From a virus, in the IMG/VR virus record IMGVR_UViG_3300031707_000010, positions 5,175-69,174 of that record: a stretch of 64,000 bases of DNA, one strand, 5' to 3'. The position numbers and the translations under genes are program-made. Positions 10,070 through 21,265 of this stretch are shown here, in pieces (the first letter of the stretch is position 1; each line of letters starts with the position of its first letter). The notes beneath the pieces are model-generated. The model was not told the DNA's origin, ran no database searches, and was given only the letters and a program-made list of their open reading frames with translations.

Positions 10070-13000
10070 CTCTCACCTATAGCTTTTATCCCCTTAACAC
10101 CAAACTCGGTAGTCCTTTTGCGTAAATTGTGTTTGATGGAGGTGACGTAAAAATCTACCGAGTTTCCTTGTATAAGTGGAAACAACTTACTATTTTGAAC
10201 TCTCACCACAAACAACCTTCCATCAGGAGAATCGGGATTATCTTTTACAACTGCCGATAACTGCGGCAACAGTATTGATTGAACCATCCCTTTAAATCTT
10301 GGTTTGGCATTCTCAGTTACTCTTAACTTTGCTAAATTTCTAGCTAAAGGTCTTGTAAGAAATTTCTTATCTGTTATTTCTTCAGATACCAATCCATATA
10401 AAGCCACTGAAACAGAATCAATATAAATCTGTCTTGAAGCCTCATCTGCTTCAAGCTTTAATCCTGGACAATCTACTTCTATATAATCCCCCGTATAAAA
10501 TCTTCTTGTATCTGCTGTAGTTCGAGTAGTTCTTACTTGTGTTGTATCTACTGTATCGCTTGTTTCTTTTAATGTTAGCTTTATAAATACTGAATTTCCA
10601 CCTACTTCATATAGTGTATTAGATAATAATGGAGACCAATACGCTTTTAATGCTGCATTTGTTAAAGCAAATTCTGCTTCAGTTTTATCAATCTTAATAT
10701 AAGGAGTTCCAAAAGAACCTGTAGCCCAATAATCAACAGACGCTTCTATTCCTTTATGAGTAACAATTGCTCTAACCCCTGCAACATTTTCTACAATGTT
10801 TCCTATGCCTAAATTATCTAAAGAATTTACATAAATTCTATCAACATCCCAATCTCCCGTAGCTACATAATCATTGCTATAATAATAATTCTTATCTCTT
10901 AAAATAATGGCCACAGTATCTTTTGTAACTGCAAACCCTAAACTACTTTCGATTCCAATTGTATTATTTGGAACACTTACAGCATTTATTCTTTTAAAAA
11001 CATATTCATCTGTAGCAGGATTCTGAATCTTAAACCAATCATTAATTCTAATTCCAGCACTTGTTGCACTGCCACCAAATACGCTGGCAAGTTGAACCGT
11101 TGTATCTGAACCACCCAAGTCTTTTATAATTCTAACTTCTGTTTCTACTTCAACAACCTTCCATTTAAATAATGGACACGTATCTATATTTGCTGAAGCT
11201 AAAGATATTTCACCATCCCTGACGCAAATCAAGTTTATCTTTTTCTGATAGATGTCTCTTTGTTCAGCATCAAATGTCATATCTGGAAATACTCTATCAT
11301 CTAATCTTTTTCTATAGATAATGTTAAATTTAATGTCTTGTCTATTTGCTCTAAATGGAGTAACAGAACATTGATTAATAATCTCATCTACAGTATTTTC
11401 CATTTCAGTTATATCTATATACTTTGTATCATATCCTTCCAATAAGGTAAGGTCTGGGGTATCTGAATAGTCTGGATTCCTTCTTACCATAAAGAAGTTT
11501 CCATTTTCATCGAACCCTTTTGTCCAATTTATGATTGAACAAAATTCTTGCAATACATCTTCACAAGACATTCCAGAGAAATCTGCAAATTCTATTATTG
11601 GAATATACCGAGTTCCTAACTGCCACAAATAATACTTTCCTTCTAATAATTTATAAGAGTATCTTTCTCCTCCATTGGGAGAACTCACGGCATAAACATT
11701 TGGATTAGTAGCATTACTTACAACAGCAGTCTGTCCATTTGTGTACATCTCATCAAAAACTCCAGGATTGATAGCATCATATTCTCTATATGCGTCTGAA
11801 TCATCTGTATCTATTGATGCAAATATTCCTAATCCTTCTAAAGAAAAGAATATTTTTAAACCAGATACTATAAGATTTTTAGGCTGATTAAATAAAGTCT
11901 TTACACATACTCTACTAGGCCAAGAATAACTTGATAATTTCCATATTGCATATTGGTTTGGAGAATCTGTATATACTGTATCTACTCCATAATCAGTTAT
12001 ATTATTAAGCATCAATACAGCTACATAATAATATCCATCAACATATACTCCTTCTAATACTGCAACATCCATAAAGGAGCTAAGAATTTTTGCCATTTTT
12101 CTAATATAAGTATTTCTAAAATTACCTGCAGGTAATACATTATTTTCTGGATTTACAGAATCTATTGAATTATCTAATCTTTGTTGATATCCAGAATAAT
12201 TTATATCTTGAACAACAGCTCCTAAAGTTTCTATAACAACATTAGAAATCATTACTCGAGAATTAGTTTCTGAGCTTGATCTAAAAAAGTCTAATTCTAT
12301 TTTTATAGTAGTTCCAGATGCAATTGTAGTATTTACTTCAATGAGCGTATTTGTCCAAGTCGTACTAGTACAATCAAATACTGAAGCATGTGCAATTTCT
12401 GTACTAGTGCCTACATTTATTAATTTCCAATCAAATTCAAATCCACCATTGTCTGCTTTCCATCTAATGTGAACTTTTAAACCTGTAAGATTTTGCGTTG
12501 TACTCTCAAATTGTAAATTAAGATCCTGTGTACCTTTTTGCCAATCTGTATTAATGTTAGTATTTCCATAATAAATATAATTTGCATCATCCGAAGTTTG
12601 CCCATCGTCTATACAATCTAATACATCTAATAAGCTTGTTGAATCTGTAGGAGATGCTTTCCAATAATCGATAGGAGTTCCTTCTATAGCATACGTAGCT
12701 CTATATTCTAAAGTTGTTGTTGGAGGAAGAGATGTTGGAGCAGTAGGCTGAAAACAATACTTATGTCCAGAACTATTAGTAACCTTTATTAAATAATTAT
12801 GAGTGCCACCAGGAAATGCTGAACTACTATCTCCACTTATTGTGAATCCCCCAGATTCAACCCCGTGGTAAGAGCCACCTACAGTTTTATCATTATAAGC
12901 AATATCTGTTATTAAAACTACTGTATTTACATCACTCCTTGGATTTATTTCATACACTACACACTCTGCATATTTGTCTGTACCAAATTTTCTATCCTCA

Positions 13001-15264
13001 CTATTAGCGTTGTTACCAATAAAGCGTAAACCATCTAGCGTTTGGAAAGTAATACCAAATAATAAGAATGTTTCATTTGGGCCTTTAACAAGGCACAGAG
13101 GCTGCACCTCTCTTCCATACTTAACAAACATTCTAAGATTATAAATTTCACTTAAAGCAGTTACTTGCCCTTGTCCACCTAATGTCATTTCTCTAACTGT
13201 TAAACCTGCATATCTATAAGTATAAGAAGTATCAAAATTACTTTTTGCTCCTACATACCAAACTGTATTATCTTTTATTCCTTCCTTTACATAATTCTGA
13301 ACATACATCAATCCTATTTTTACTGGACTCGGAATAGCATAAATCTCTAATCTTTTTCCATCACTAGAATCTATACAACAATTAACTCCTTTTTGTCCTA
13401 AAGAAAATTTAATATCTCTTATATGCCTATATTTATTAGCACTTGAAGCAAAATAAACATTTTCTAAACCTCCATTCATATTATATCTATCATTATAATC
13501 TATTGTGTGCATTTGTCCATATAAAGCGTAGTACCCTCTACCCATAGAAAAATCTGGTTTCTTAGTATTGTTTGTTCCAGAAGAAATGAAATCATCGGTT
13601 GTTCCAATCTCACCTTTAAAAGTTGGGGAACGCATCATAGCCACTGTATGACTTAATTTGCTATGATAAGTATTAACTAACCCGGGATATGAAAACCAAA
13701 TTGTTTGTGGAAACGGTATTGGAATATTAAGGGTCTTAAATGTTGGGGGTTGTATCGTCGATTCAAAGCTTGGTAGACTTATTGGATCTATATTAGCATC
13801 ATAATCTGCTGTTTGATGCAATCCAGATTCATCTCTAATGCGAACTAAATGCCAAGGAAATATAATCTCTGCAGTTCCCCACCCACCTGGCCATATCATT
13901 TTCTTAAACTCTAAATTTTCTAAACTTAAAAATGCGTATTGATCTGTATCTCTAGCAGTAGACCATTGAGTATGAACTGGATCCGCCTGCAAAATTGGAA
14001 GTAATGGACCTGATTGAAATGGACACATACCAGCCATATAAGCAAAACTTACTGCATCTTTATAATAGTTTCCATTAGAAACTTCCATAGTATAATTTAA
14101 AACACCCGTTATAGGAAAGAAATTAAACTCTGAATCATAGACGTAATCTCGTTGATCAAAATCTGAAATCCAATCAGCTCTATCTATATAGCTAATATAA
14201 ATCAAATGCTCTTTTAATACGTCATCTGCAAATGGAGAATATTCTAATGCTAAGACTTCATGAACATAGTATCTTGCTTGTACTCGTATATAATTATACG
14301 ATCCTATTGTTTCTAATGATAATCTTTCTATAAACAGTTTATCAGAAAATTCATTTGTAGTAATTGTTTTCTTAAGAGTAAATAAAAATGTATCTAAATC
14401 TAATTGCCATATCTCATCATCAATACCAAGAAACAAATAATTATTAACAACATCGTAACACATAGCCCGGCATAACTTAGATGTCATTGGAAAAGAATCA
14501 GGTTCTCCATCTGCATTAGTATCTAATTGAACTGGCGGTCTGCCAAACATGCCATTCACAGAAGGAGAAAAATCTAAAAGTGTATCTATAAATTTTGGCA
14601 CAACAAATCCAGGAGGAAGATTAACAGTTAATCCATCTGCCGCAACAACTCCATATGCTTTTTTAAGAATCTCTGTAATTAGAAATGAAATTGGTCTTTG
14701 AATATACCAGCGTTTTAATCCATCTACAACATTTTCTGCTGATGTATCCATAGCTATTCTAATTAAGCCATCTGTTTTAATTAAAGCAACTTCTTTTGTA
14801 TCTGTAACAACCTTAGTTAATACCAATGTAGCAAACTTAACAGAAAACTGTTTACCATTTAATTCTAAATCAGCGCCAATTTCAACAAGCGTGTATCTAC
14901 TATTTGAATAAGTGCCACTATTATAACCTGGCTTCTTAAATACATTTATAATTCCATGAGGATCTTGTAAAAACTCTGCAGCAGTTCCTACATTATCTTT
15001 AAGAGTATTTGGGAAAGGTAAATTAAAAAATCTATCATTGTTTCTAACTTGTATATCACCTGACTTATTGTAGAAGTGATTGAAGTCTCCTTCTATAACA
15101 GTCTCTATTGTTCCATAATCTATTAATCTATTAGTACCGTTTATTTGTAGCTGTTCTGAAAAATCTACTTTTCTTCCAGCTTTATCAAAGATAAATAATT
15201 TCTTAATTATCCCAAGAGGGAGTTTCTGCATTATTAACGCATTGAGAAATTCTAATTGCGTCAC
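10066..15264 (-). CDS. Large tail tip/hub (central fibre/baseplate) protein
   Basis: 1732 aa, two genes downstream of tape measure; hub-like segment DFSGMSCEDVLQEF..GFDENGNFF..IINQCSV and C-terminal FYVTSIKHN. Confidence 0.7.
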   Translation of the reverse strand: MTQLEFLNALIMQKLPLGIIKKLFIFDKAGRKVDFSEQLQINGTNRLIDYGTIETVIEGDFNHFYNKSGDIQVRNNDRFFNLPFPNTLKDNVGTAAEFLQDPHGIINVFKKPGYNSGTYSNSRYTLVEIGADLELNGKQFSVKFATLVLTKVVTDTKEVALIKTDGLIRIAMDTSAENVVDGLKRWYIQRPISFLITEILKKAYGVVAADGLTVNLPPGFVVPKFIDTLLDFSPSVNGMFGRPPVQLDTNADGEPDSFPMTSKLCRAMCYDVVNNYLFLGIDDEIWQLDLDTFLFTLKKTITTNEFSDKLFIERLSLETIGSYNYIRVQARYYVHEVLALEYSPFADDVLKEHLIYISYIDRADWISDFDQRDYVYDSEFNFFPITGVLNYTMEVSNGNYYKDAVSFAYMAGMCPFQSGPLLPILQADPVHTQWSTARDTDQYAFLSLENLEFKKMIWPGGWGTAEIIFPWHLVRIRDESGLHQTADYDANIDPISLPSFESTIQPPTFKTLNIPIPFPQTIWFSYPGLVNTYHSKLSHTVAMMRSPTFKGEIGTTDDFISSGTNNTKKPDFSMGRGYYALYGQMHTIDYNDRYNMNGGLENVYFASSANKYRHIRDIKFSLGQKGVNCCIDSSDGKRLEIYAIPSPVKIGLMYVQNYVKEGIKDNTVWYVGAKSNFDTSYTYRYAGLTVREMTLGGQGQVTALSEIYNLRMFVKYGREVQPLCLVKGPNETFLLFGITFQTLDGLRFIGNNANSEDRKFGTDKYAECVVYEINPRSDVNTVVLITDIAYNDKTVGGSYHGVESGGFTISGDSSSAFPGGTHNYLIKVTNSSGHKYCFQPTAPTSLPPTTTLEYRATYAIEGTPIDYWKASPTDSTSLLDVLDCIDDGQTSDDANYIYYGNTNINTDWQKGTQDLNLQFESTTQNLTGLKVHIRWKADNGGFEFDWKLINVGTSTEIAHASVFDCTSTTWTNTLIEVNTTIASGTTIKIELDFFRSSSETNSRVMISNVVIETLGAVVQDINYSGYQQRLDNSIDSVNPENNVLPAGNFRNTYIRKMAKILSSFMDVAVLEGVYVDGYYYVAVLMLNNITDYGVDTVYTDSPNQYAIWKLSSYSWPSRVCVKTLFNQPKNLIVSGLKIFFSLEGLGIFASIDTDDSDAYREYDAINPGVFDEMYTNGQTAVVSNATNPNVYAVSSPNGGERYSYKLLEGKYYLWQLGTRYIPIIEFADFSGMSCEDVLQEFCSIINWTKGFDENGNFFMVRRNPDYSDTPDLTLLEGYDTKYIDITEMENTVDEIINQCSVTPFRANRQDIKFNIIYRKRLDDRVFPDMTFDAEQRDIYQKKINLICVRDGEISLASANIDTCPLFKWKVVEVETEVRIIKDLGGSDTTVQLASVFGGSATSAGIRINDWFKIQNPATDEYVFKRINAVSVPNNTIGIESSLGFAVTKDTVAIILRDKNYYYSNDYVATGDWDVDRIYVNSLDNLGIGNIVENVAGVRAIVTHKGIEASVDYWATGSFGTPYIKIDKTEAEFALTNAALKAYWSPLLSNTLYEVGGNSVFIKLTLKETSDTVDTTQVRTTRTTADTRRFYTGDYIEVDCPGLKLEADEASRQIYIDSVSVALYGLVSEEITDKKFLTRPLARNLAKLRVTENAKPRFKGMVQSILLPQLSAVVKDNPDSPDGRLFVVRVQNSKLFPLIQGNSVDFYVTSIKHNLRKRTTEFGVKGIKAIGES

Positions 15265-16605
15265 TTAAACCTCCGTGAATTCAAAGTCAAATGATACTCT
15301 TGTGAAAGCCCAAACATTCTTTCTAAGATTACCAAGTTTCATTCTACCAGTAAGAACCTCTGGTAGCTCAGGCATGTGCGTATGAAGATTTAAATTAAAA
15401 CCGTTGTCTTGCCACGTTTGAAGAATCTGTAGTTTTCTATAAGTATCCATATTTGAATCTTCAAACGTACAACCTATAGAATACTTCTTTGACTTATTAG
15501 GATTACCTAATGGAAAGAATGGATACTTATCTGCATTAGAAACTTGTACTACTTCTTCTAGTGAGTCCGCATTCATAGATAAAGACTCTCGATTAGGAGC
15601 ATACGTCATTAAGAGAGTCCCTAATTTATCTTGAGTTGTTTCAAATCCCGCAGAGTGTTCTAAATAAATATCGTCAATGCCAAAATTTATTTCTAAATTA
15701 CTAAGAGGAGCTGTACCTCCAACGAATGCAATATAAAGTCTATTATAAGTTGTTGAATCTAAAAGTGTGTTATATGTTTTCCAATCTGAAAAAGCTGGAT
15801 AAGAATGAAAGATAAAATATTTATTATCTTCTGCACCTGTTATATAATTTAATATTATTTTTTCGGGAGTGTCACATCCAAGAATTTTTACAGATATATA
15901 ACCAGCGTCAGCACTACCAATAGATGCAGGCAATGGATAATATTTAATATGATATCTTGCACCTACTCTATAATAAAGTCCATTCCCTTGTTTAGCATAT
16001 TCTTGTATATTAGGAATATTTGTAGTAAACTCTTTTTGTGTTCCTGTAAAATTACCTGACCCTATATACAGTTGCTGACCTTGTAATTTACCATCTACAT
16101 CTTCAAGATCTACTGGATATGATTTAGCTAAACCCCTTGGAACTAATAAAGAATCATTAACATCCCAACCACTTGCTATTCTATCAGAGAAAAATTCTAT
16201 AGTATAATTAGGAGCAGTATAAGTATGTTCTAATGCTCTATCAAATACAATTCTAGCAGTAGTAGAATTTTCATTTGACCAAGTATTGATTCTAACAATC
16301 TCCCCGATCTTAGTAGCATTGTTTGATATAACTCCATATCCTTGGACTGTAAGAAGATTTTTAAATCTGTCCCTTAGTTCTGTACTCCCCAAATTAAGAA
16401 TAATGTGGGAAGCTCCAGAATTTTGAGTATTTGTTCCAATCATCGTTACTTTCTTTTCCCAAGTAAAGTGAGGGTTGGGAATTGGAACATTGACTCCTAG
16501 TTGCCAAGAACGCCAATAACGAGAATCCTCTATTCGAGCTGGTGTTGCATGAGCATAATCAAAAGTGCTTACGTACCAAGCAACATAGGCCGCATTAGTC
16601 GCCAT
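15265..16605 (-). CDS. Putative distal tail (Dit-like) protein
   Basis: Position directly after tape measure; ends VSFDFEFTEV; RBS GAGGG. Confidence 0.55.
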   Translation of the reverse strand: MATNAAYVAWYVSTFDYAHATPARIEDSRYWRSWQLGVNVPIPNPHFTWEKKVTMIGTNTQNSGASHIILNLGSTELRDRFKNLLTVQGYGVISNNATKIGEIVRINTWSNENSTTARIVFDRALEHTYTAPNYTIEFFSDRIASGWDVNDSLLVPRGLAKSYPVDLEDVDGKLQGQQLYIGSGNFTGTQKEFTTNIPNIQEYAKQGNGLYYRVGARYHIKYYPLPASIGSADAGYISVKILGCDTPEKIILNYITGAEDNKYFIFHSYPAFSDWKTYNTLLDSTTYNRLYIAFVGGTAPLSNLEINFGIDDIYLEHSAGFETTQDKLGTLLMTYAPNRESLSMNADSLEEVVQVSNADKYPFFPLGNPNKSKKYSIGCTFEDSNMDTYRKLQILQTWQDNGFNLNLHTHMPELPEVLTGRMKLGNLRKNVWAFTRVSFDFEFTEV

Positions 16606-16718
16606 TTCAACCCTCAGTCAAATTTTTCAGTTGATACGTTGATACCACTTTAAAGACTTGACCATAACCCCACGTGAGGCAGGTACTTAAAAACTTAACT
16701 TCTATTGTATGGTTCAAG

Positions 16719-19700
16719 TCATTTGATTGCATTTTGAAGTTGAAGTTCTCTATTGTCAATCGCTTCTTGTATCCGTTCTACTGTTGCATCCGATATAATC
16801 TGACTTGCTTCTTCGATGCCTATATTAGACATTATAACTGTATCTGCATTTATAGTAGTCGTTGGTGAAATGTAGATATGAAGTTCTTGAGCAGATATTG
16901 TGCCACCTATACTCTTACCCCCAGCATCTGCTGCAGTTGAACTTCCAGACGCACGCTGTGCTTCTCTTTCTGCTAGAGTTGATTCTAATCTAGCCTGAGC
17001 TTCTATTTGAGCTTTATCAGCTATTCCAGATTTCATTAAACTAATACCAACCCCACCTGCCAATACTGCTGCTGACGCATACGCTGCAGCAGCTTTAAAC
17101 CCATTTGGAAATCCTAAAAATCCTAGAGCGGTTGCAGCTAACGCCCTAACTCCAAATTCTAAAGCTAAAGATTTTAACACATTACCCATAGCTATCTTTT
17201 CTTCTGCCGCTTGTAAAGCTGCATTTTTTCTTGTTTCAATTGATGCTTTCTTATTTAACATTATACGAGTAGCTTCATACTCTTGTACTGTTATTTCTCT
17301 ATTCCTAAATTGATCATCCAATAATAATTGATCAACTCTTAATTCTTGTTCTATTTTTTGATTAGCTTCATATGCTTTCAATCCAAAGATATCAAATGTA
17401 TTTTCTGCAAAATTAGCTATATTTCCAAACAGATTTTCAAAAGAAGCCATTATATTTTCATTTGCTGCAAGCATAGAATTTTGATATTCTATTGAGAACT
17501 CCCACCATTTATCTGAAAACATATCAACTGTTCCAGATAACGCATACCATTTTTCATTAGCAATATCTATAGCAGTTGAAAATCCAGCAATATCTTTAAA
17601 TATGCCAGTTCCTCCACCTCCAATATCTAACATAGCTCCAGACATTGTACCTTTACTATATTTCTTAGCAACATCTGAAGTTTTAACTTGCTCGCTCATC
17701 TTTAATTCTCGTTGAATATTAGCTATCATAAGATTATATTGAAATATCTTCTCTAAAATAGGTTCCATCTTTTTAAGTTCATCTGCTTGATTTTCATAAG
17801 CAATAGCTAATGTAACAGCATGATCTAATTCTGCTAATCTTTTATTATCTAAAGCTTTTATTCTTCTATCTTCAAGATCAAATAACTCATTTCTGTATTC
17901 AGCATAAACATTTTCTATATTTTGTTGTTCCGCTGTTTTACTTAAAGCATAATATCTATCCCAAGACTGTGATACTGCTGTATTTGTTTCTTTATTAATC
18001 TGTCTTAAAGTTTCTGCTTCTTGAATTTGAGTTTTAACAATTGCTCTTTCTGATTCTAAATCAATTGCTGAAGAAACTTTAGCCTTTATTGCAGCTACAG
18101 AAGCTTGAGTTTTTTGAATTCCTTTTATATATTGTTCTATTCCAGCAATTTGTTCTTCCACAAATTGGATATTTGTTCCCATTATTGGCTGATTAAGAGA
18201 TTCTAACTTAGCCCGTAAAACTGTAAGCGCACTACTTAAAGTATCTTCTATAGTTTTAAATTTATCCATTTCTGAAATTTTTCTCATTTCTACTTCTAAT
18301 TTAGCAACTTCTTCTGGACTTCCTTTAAGTTTCTTCATCATCATATCTGCTTCTGTTCCAAATTTCCTTAATCCATCAGTACCTTCTAATAAAATCTTTC
18401 CTACTTCATTTTTACTCCATTCAGTTATTAATCTTTTAGCTTCTGTATTAGCTCCAGGTACTTGTGTACCATATCGAGTTTCAAGAACTTTTTGTTCTTG
18501 TCTTAATCGTTGAAATTTTCCTAACGCCTCAATTAACTTATCTCCTAAATTACCAACGACCTGCGATCTCATAACGCCAGTTCTAAGCATATCTAAAAAC
18601 TTCAAATATGCTTCAGCTCCTACTCCCTTTCCAAATTTTTTCTCCATCTCATCTAAAGTTTTATTTAAAGCATCAATTTGAGAATTAAAATCTTCAGAGG
18701 CGTATCCTGCTTTTAATAATGCGGCTTGAATATTTATTAAAGCATTTTCTTGAGCTTTTAATTTATCTATATTTTCTTGTTGAGTAGAAGAAAGCTTTTT
18801 ATGTGCATTAATTGTAGGTTCTAAAGTTTTAGCATAAGCTTCTTGTTCTTTCCTTACCTCTGCCAACTTCTTTTTAGTAGAATCCCATGCTCCCATTAGT
18901 TGTCTACCTGCTTCCATCTGATCTACACCTAAAACTATTTCATTCGCAGTTGTAAATTTTCCACGAAGAGCCCCACCAAGCATATTTCCAATACCTTTCC
19001 AAGTAACAGAAGAACTAAGTAATCCTTCAAATTGTGCAGCTAAATCTACAATTCCACCTTCTTTAGCATATTTAAGAGCTTCTATTACTCCAGTTACATC
19101 ATCTTTAGCTTTTTGCCCAATGTCCATAGCCATCATTGTTTGTTTATCTTTTATAGTATTTTTCATTCTTTCTACTTCTATTTTTCTTAATTCATCTGTT
19201 TTCTCTATAACTGTATCTAAAACACTAGCATAATTTTTATTTAAATCTATTGATTGAGAAATTAAACCAATTCCATTTTTAGTTTCTACACCTTCTTTTA
19301 TTTTAAGCAAATTATATTTTGCAAAAACTCCAGTAAGCTTTGTTTGAATTTCAGACATCCTACTATAAGTCTGAGTAGTTTTTTCTCCCTGTTCATTCAA
19401 CCCTTTATACTCTTCTAATAAATCTTTTAAATTATCTATCTCTGATAATCTGCTATCAAATGCCTCTTTTTCTTTTACCAACATTTCATTTCTTGCAGAC
19501 ATTCTTTTTTCTTCAGTAGCTTTTATAGCTTGTTGAGTTTTATTATATTGATCCCAAGCATATATTACAAACATAATAGCAGCTTGAAAACCTAACATAA
19601 CTGCATTAGCTTTTATAAATGCTCCTACATTACCCATTATTACACTTGTGGCATTCTTAATATTATCAACCATTCCTTTCCAAGCACCTTTAAAATTAAT

Positions 19701-21263
19701 TGAGCTATGGGCAGTTAAATTTGTAATATTTCTTAATTTTGTCATCTCTTTAAAAGTTTCGCCATAAATTTGATTCATCTTAGCTCTTGATATTCCATAA
19801 GCTTCTCCAATAGAATAAAATTCTTTTTTAAATTGAGATAAATTACCTTTTGTTAATCCTTTAAATCCTTGTTCCATATAAGTCATTGTAGATGCAAACT
19901 GTCTTCTAAATTCATCTAAAGGTAATTTTAAATTTCCAATAGAAGTTTTCATTGTTGTAGCAAAAACTCTTCCTTTATCATGCGCAGCTTTAATCATGTT
20001 ATCTAAAGCTTTTAAACCACTTCTACTTTCTGAGGCACCTAACTCTTTTGTTCTTTCCATTGTTAAAGCATAAGGAGACATCATTTTTCCCATAGATGCA
20101 GCTTGAAAAGTTTGCTGTAAACTCTTAAGAATGCTACCACCTTGTCCTAATCTAAGAATAGCACTGCTAAAATCTGCTATTTTTAAAGTTAATTTACTTA
20201 AAACTAATCCCCAAATTATAAAATTCGTTATAAATGTATTAGAAAATACATCAGCTATCATTCCAAAAATACCAAGAATAGGTTTTAAAATTGTCCATAA
20301 TCCATCTAATACACTCATTACTCTATTTATATAAGTATCTAATTTAACAGAAATAATATCTTTATTAGCTACAATAATTAATTCAAGCCAAGTTAAAAGT
20401 TCTCCAACTCTTTTATATAAACTAGCAAACGCACTTCCAGTTCCCGTTGTTCCTGTAATAACATCTCCAAAAGCTGCTCGAGTTTTAAGTAATTGAGCTT
20501 CTAACTGAGCTTGAGTTCCTGCAAAAGTTTGTGTTAATTTTGCTGCATCTCCTAAGAAATACCTACCTTCGTTGACTAATCCAGAATACAATGCTTGAAC
20601 TGCTCCAGCTTTTTTAGTTTCATCTGTTAAATCTTCAAGTTCGTATCCTTGTTTCTTCATCATCTGAGCAATACGAGTACGAATACCTACGTCATCTATT
20701 AATCGTATATTTTGCATCTTAACACCCGCAGTTGCTCTAACTATAGCTTCTTCATATTCTAATATACCTTGTCTATTAAAAGCCGCTGCATCTTTAAATA
20801 CTCTCATTAAATCTGTCGCTTGTTTAAGATTTAATCCAGTAGATAACAAATTTTTCAATCCTTGCGCTGCGCCTGATAAAGATAATAAACCATCTTTTGT
20901 TAATCCTAAAGCTGCATCTTTTACTTCTGAAATATCGTTTCCAGTAGCTAAAGCTACTGATTTAACACCTGCTAAAGCAACTTGAAATTTAACAGAAGCA
21001 TCTATAGATTTTTGAAATTCTCTAGCTACTCCTGCTAAAGAGAACACCATTAATAAAATATCGTTACGAAAAGCTGAGATATCTCTTTTAAGTCCAGTTG
21101 TTTTATTTCTTAAATTATCAAAAGCGGTTTCAACTTTTTTTCCACTTAAACTAGTTTTATCTAAAGCACCATTAAGTCCAAATATGATATTCTTGGCTTC
21201 ATTAACGCCAATAACTTTCATATCGAGTCTTACAATTCCAGTAGCTTGTACTGTTCCACCCAT
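16719..21263 (-). CDS. Tail tape measure protein
   Basis: 1514 aa helical Ala/Leu/Lys-rich; TMP-like N-domain (KDGLLS..A..LKNLL..FKDAAAFNRQG..AIVRAT.G.K..N..L.D.VG); central hydrophobic segments; follows chaperones. Confidence 0.92.
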   Translation of the reverse strand: MGGTVQATGIVRLDMKVIGVNEAKNIIFGLNGALDKTSLSGKKVETAFDNLRNKTTGLKRDISAFRNDILLMVFSLAGVAREFQKSIDASVKFQVALAGVKSVALATGNDISEVKDAALGLTKDGLLSLSGAAQGLKNLLSTGLNLKQATDLMRVFKDAAAFNRQGILEYEEAIVRATAGVKMQNIRLIDDVGIRTRIAQMMKKQGYELEDLTDETKKAGAVQALYSGLVNEGRYFLGDAAKLTQTFAGTQAQLEAQLLKTRAAFGDVITGTTGTGSAFASLYKRVGELLTWLELIIVANKDIISVKLDTYINRVMSVLDGLWTILKPILGIFGMIADVFSNTFITNFIIWGLVLSKLTLKIADFSSAILRLGQGGSILKSLQQTFQAASMGKMMSPYALTMERTKELGASESRSGLKALDNMIKAAHDKGRVFATTMKTSIGNLKLPLDEFRRQFASTMTYMEQGFKGLTKGNLSQFKKEFYSIGEAYGISRAKMNQIYGETFKEMTKLRNITNLTAHSSINFKGAWKGMVDNIKNATSVIMGNVGAFIKANAVMLGFQAAIMFVIYAWDQYNKTQQAIKATEEKRMSARNEMLVKEKEAFDSRLSEIDNLKDLLEEYKGLNEQGEKTTQTYSRMSEIQTKLTGVFAKYNLLKIKEGVETKNGIGLISQSIDLNKNYASVLDTVIEKTDELRKIEVERMKNTIKDKQTMMAMDIGQKAKDDVTGVIEALKYAKEGGIVDLAAQFEGLLSSSVTWKGIGNMLGGALRGKFTTANEIVLGVDQMEAGRQLMGAWDSTKKKLAEVRKEQEAYAKTLEPTINAHKKLSSTQQENIDKLKAQENALINIQAALLKAGYASEDFNSQIDALNKTLDEMEKKFGKGVGAEAYLKFLDMLRTGVMRSQVVGNLGDKLIEALGKFQRLRQEQKVLETRYGTQVPGANTEAKRLITEWSKNEVGKILLEGTDGLRKFGTEADMMMKKLKGSPEEVAKLEVEMRKISEMDKFKTIEDTLSSALTVLRAKLESLNQPIMGTNIQFVEEQIAGIEQYIKGIQKTQASVAAIKAKVSSAIDLESERAIVKTQIQEAETLRQINKETNTAVSQSWDRYYALSKTAEQQNIENVYAEYRNELFDLEDRRIKALDNKRLAELDHAVTLAIAYENQADELKKMEPILEKIFQYNLMIANIQRELKMSEQVKTSDVAKKYSKGTMSGAMLDIGGGGTGIFKDIAGFSTAIDIANEKWYALSGTVDMFSDKWWEFSIEYQNSMLAANENIMASFENLFGNIANFAENTFDIFGLKAYEANQKIEQELRVDQLLLDDQFRNREITVQEYEATRIMLNKKASIETRKNAALQAAEEKIAMGNVLKSLALEFGVRALAATALGFLGFPNGFKAAAAYASAAVLAGGVGISLMKSGIADKAQIEAQARLESTLAEREAQRASGSSTAADAGGKSIGGTISAQELHIYISPTTTINADTVIMSNIGIEEASQIISDATVERIQEAIDNRELQLQNAIK

Positions 21264-21265
21264 TG

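Noticed and set aside
16637-16649. 13-nt match to the SMART adaptor (AGTGGTATCAACG, minus strand)
   Set aside because: Short, flanks do not continue the adaptor, and gene order is intact
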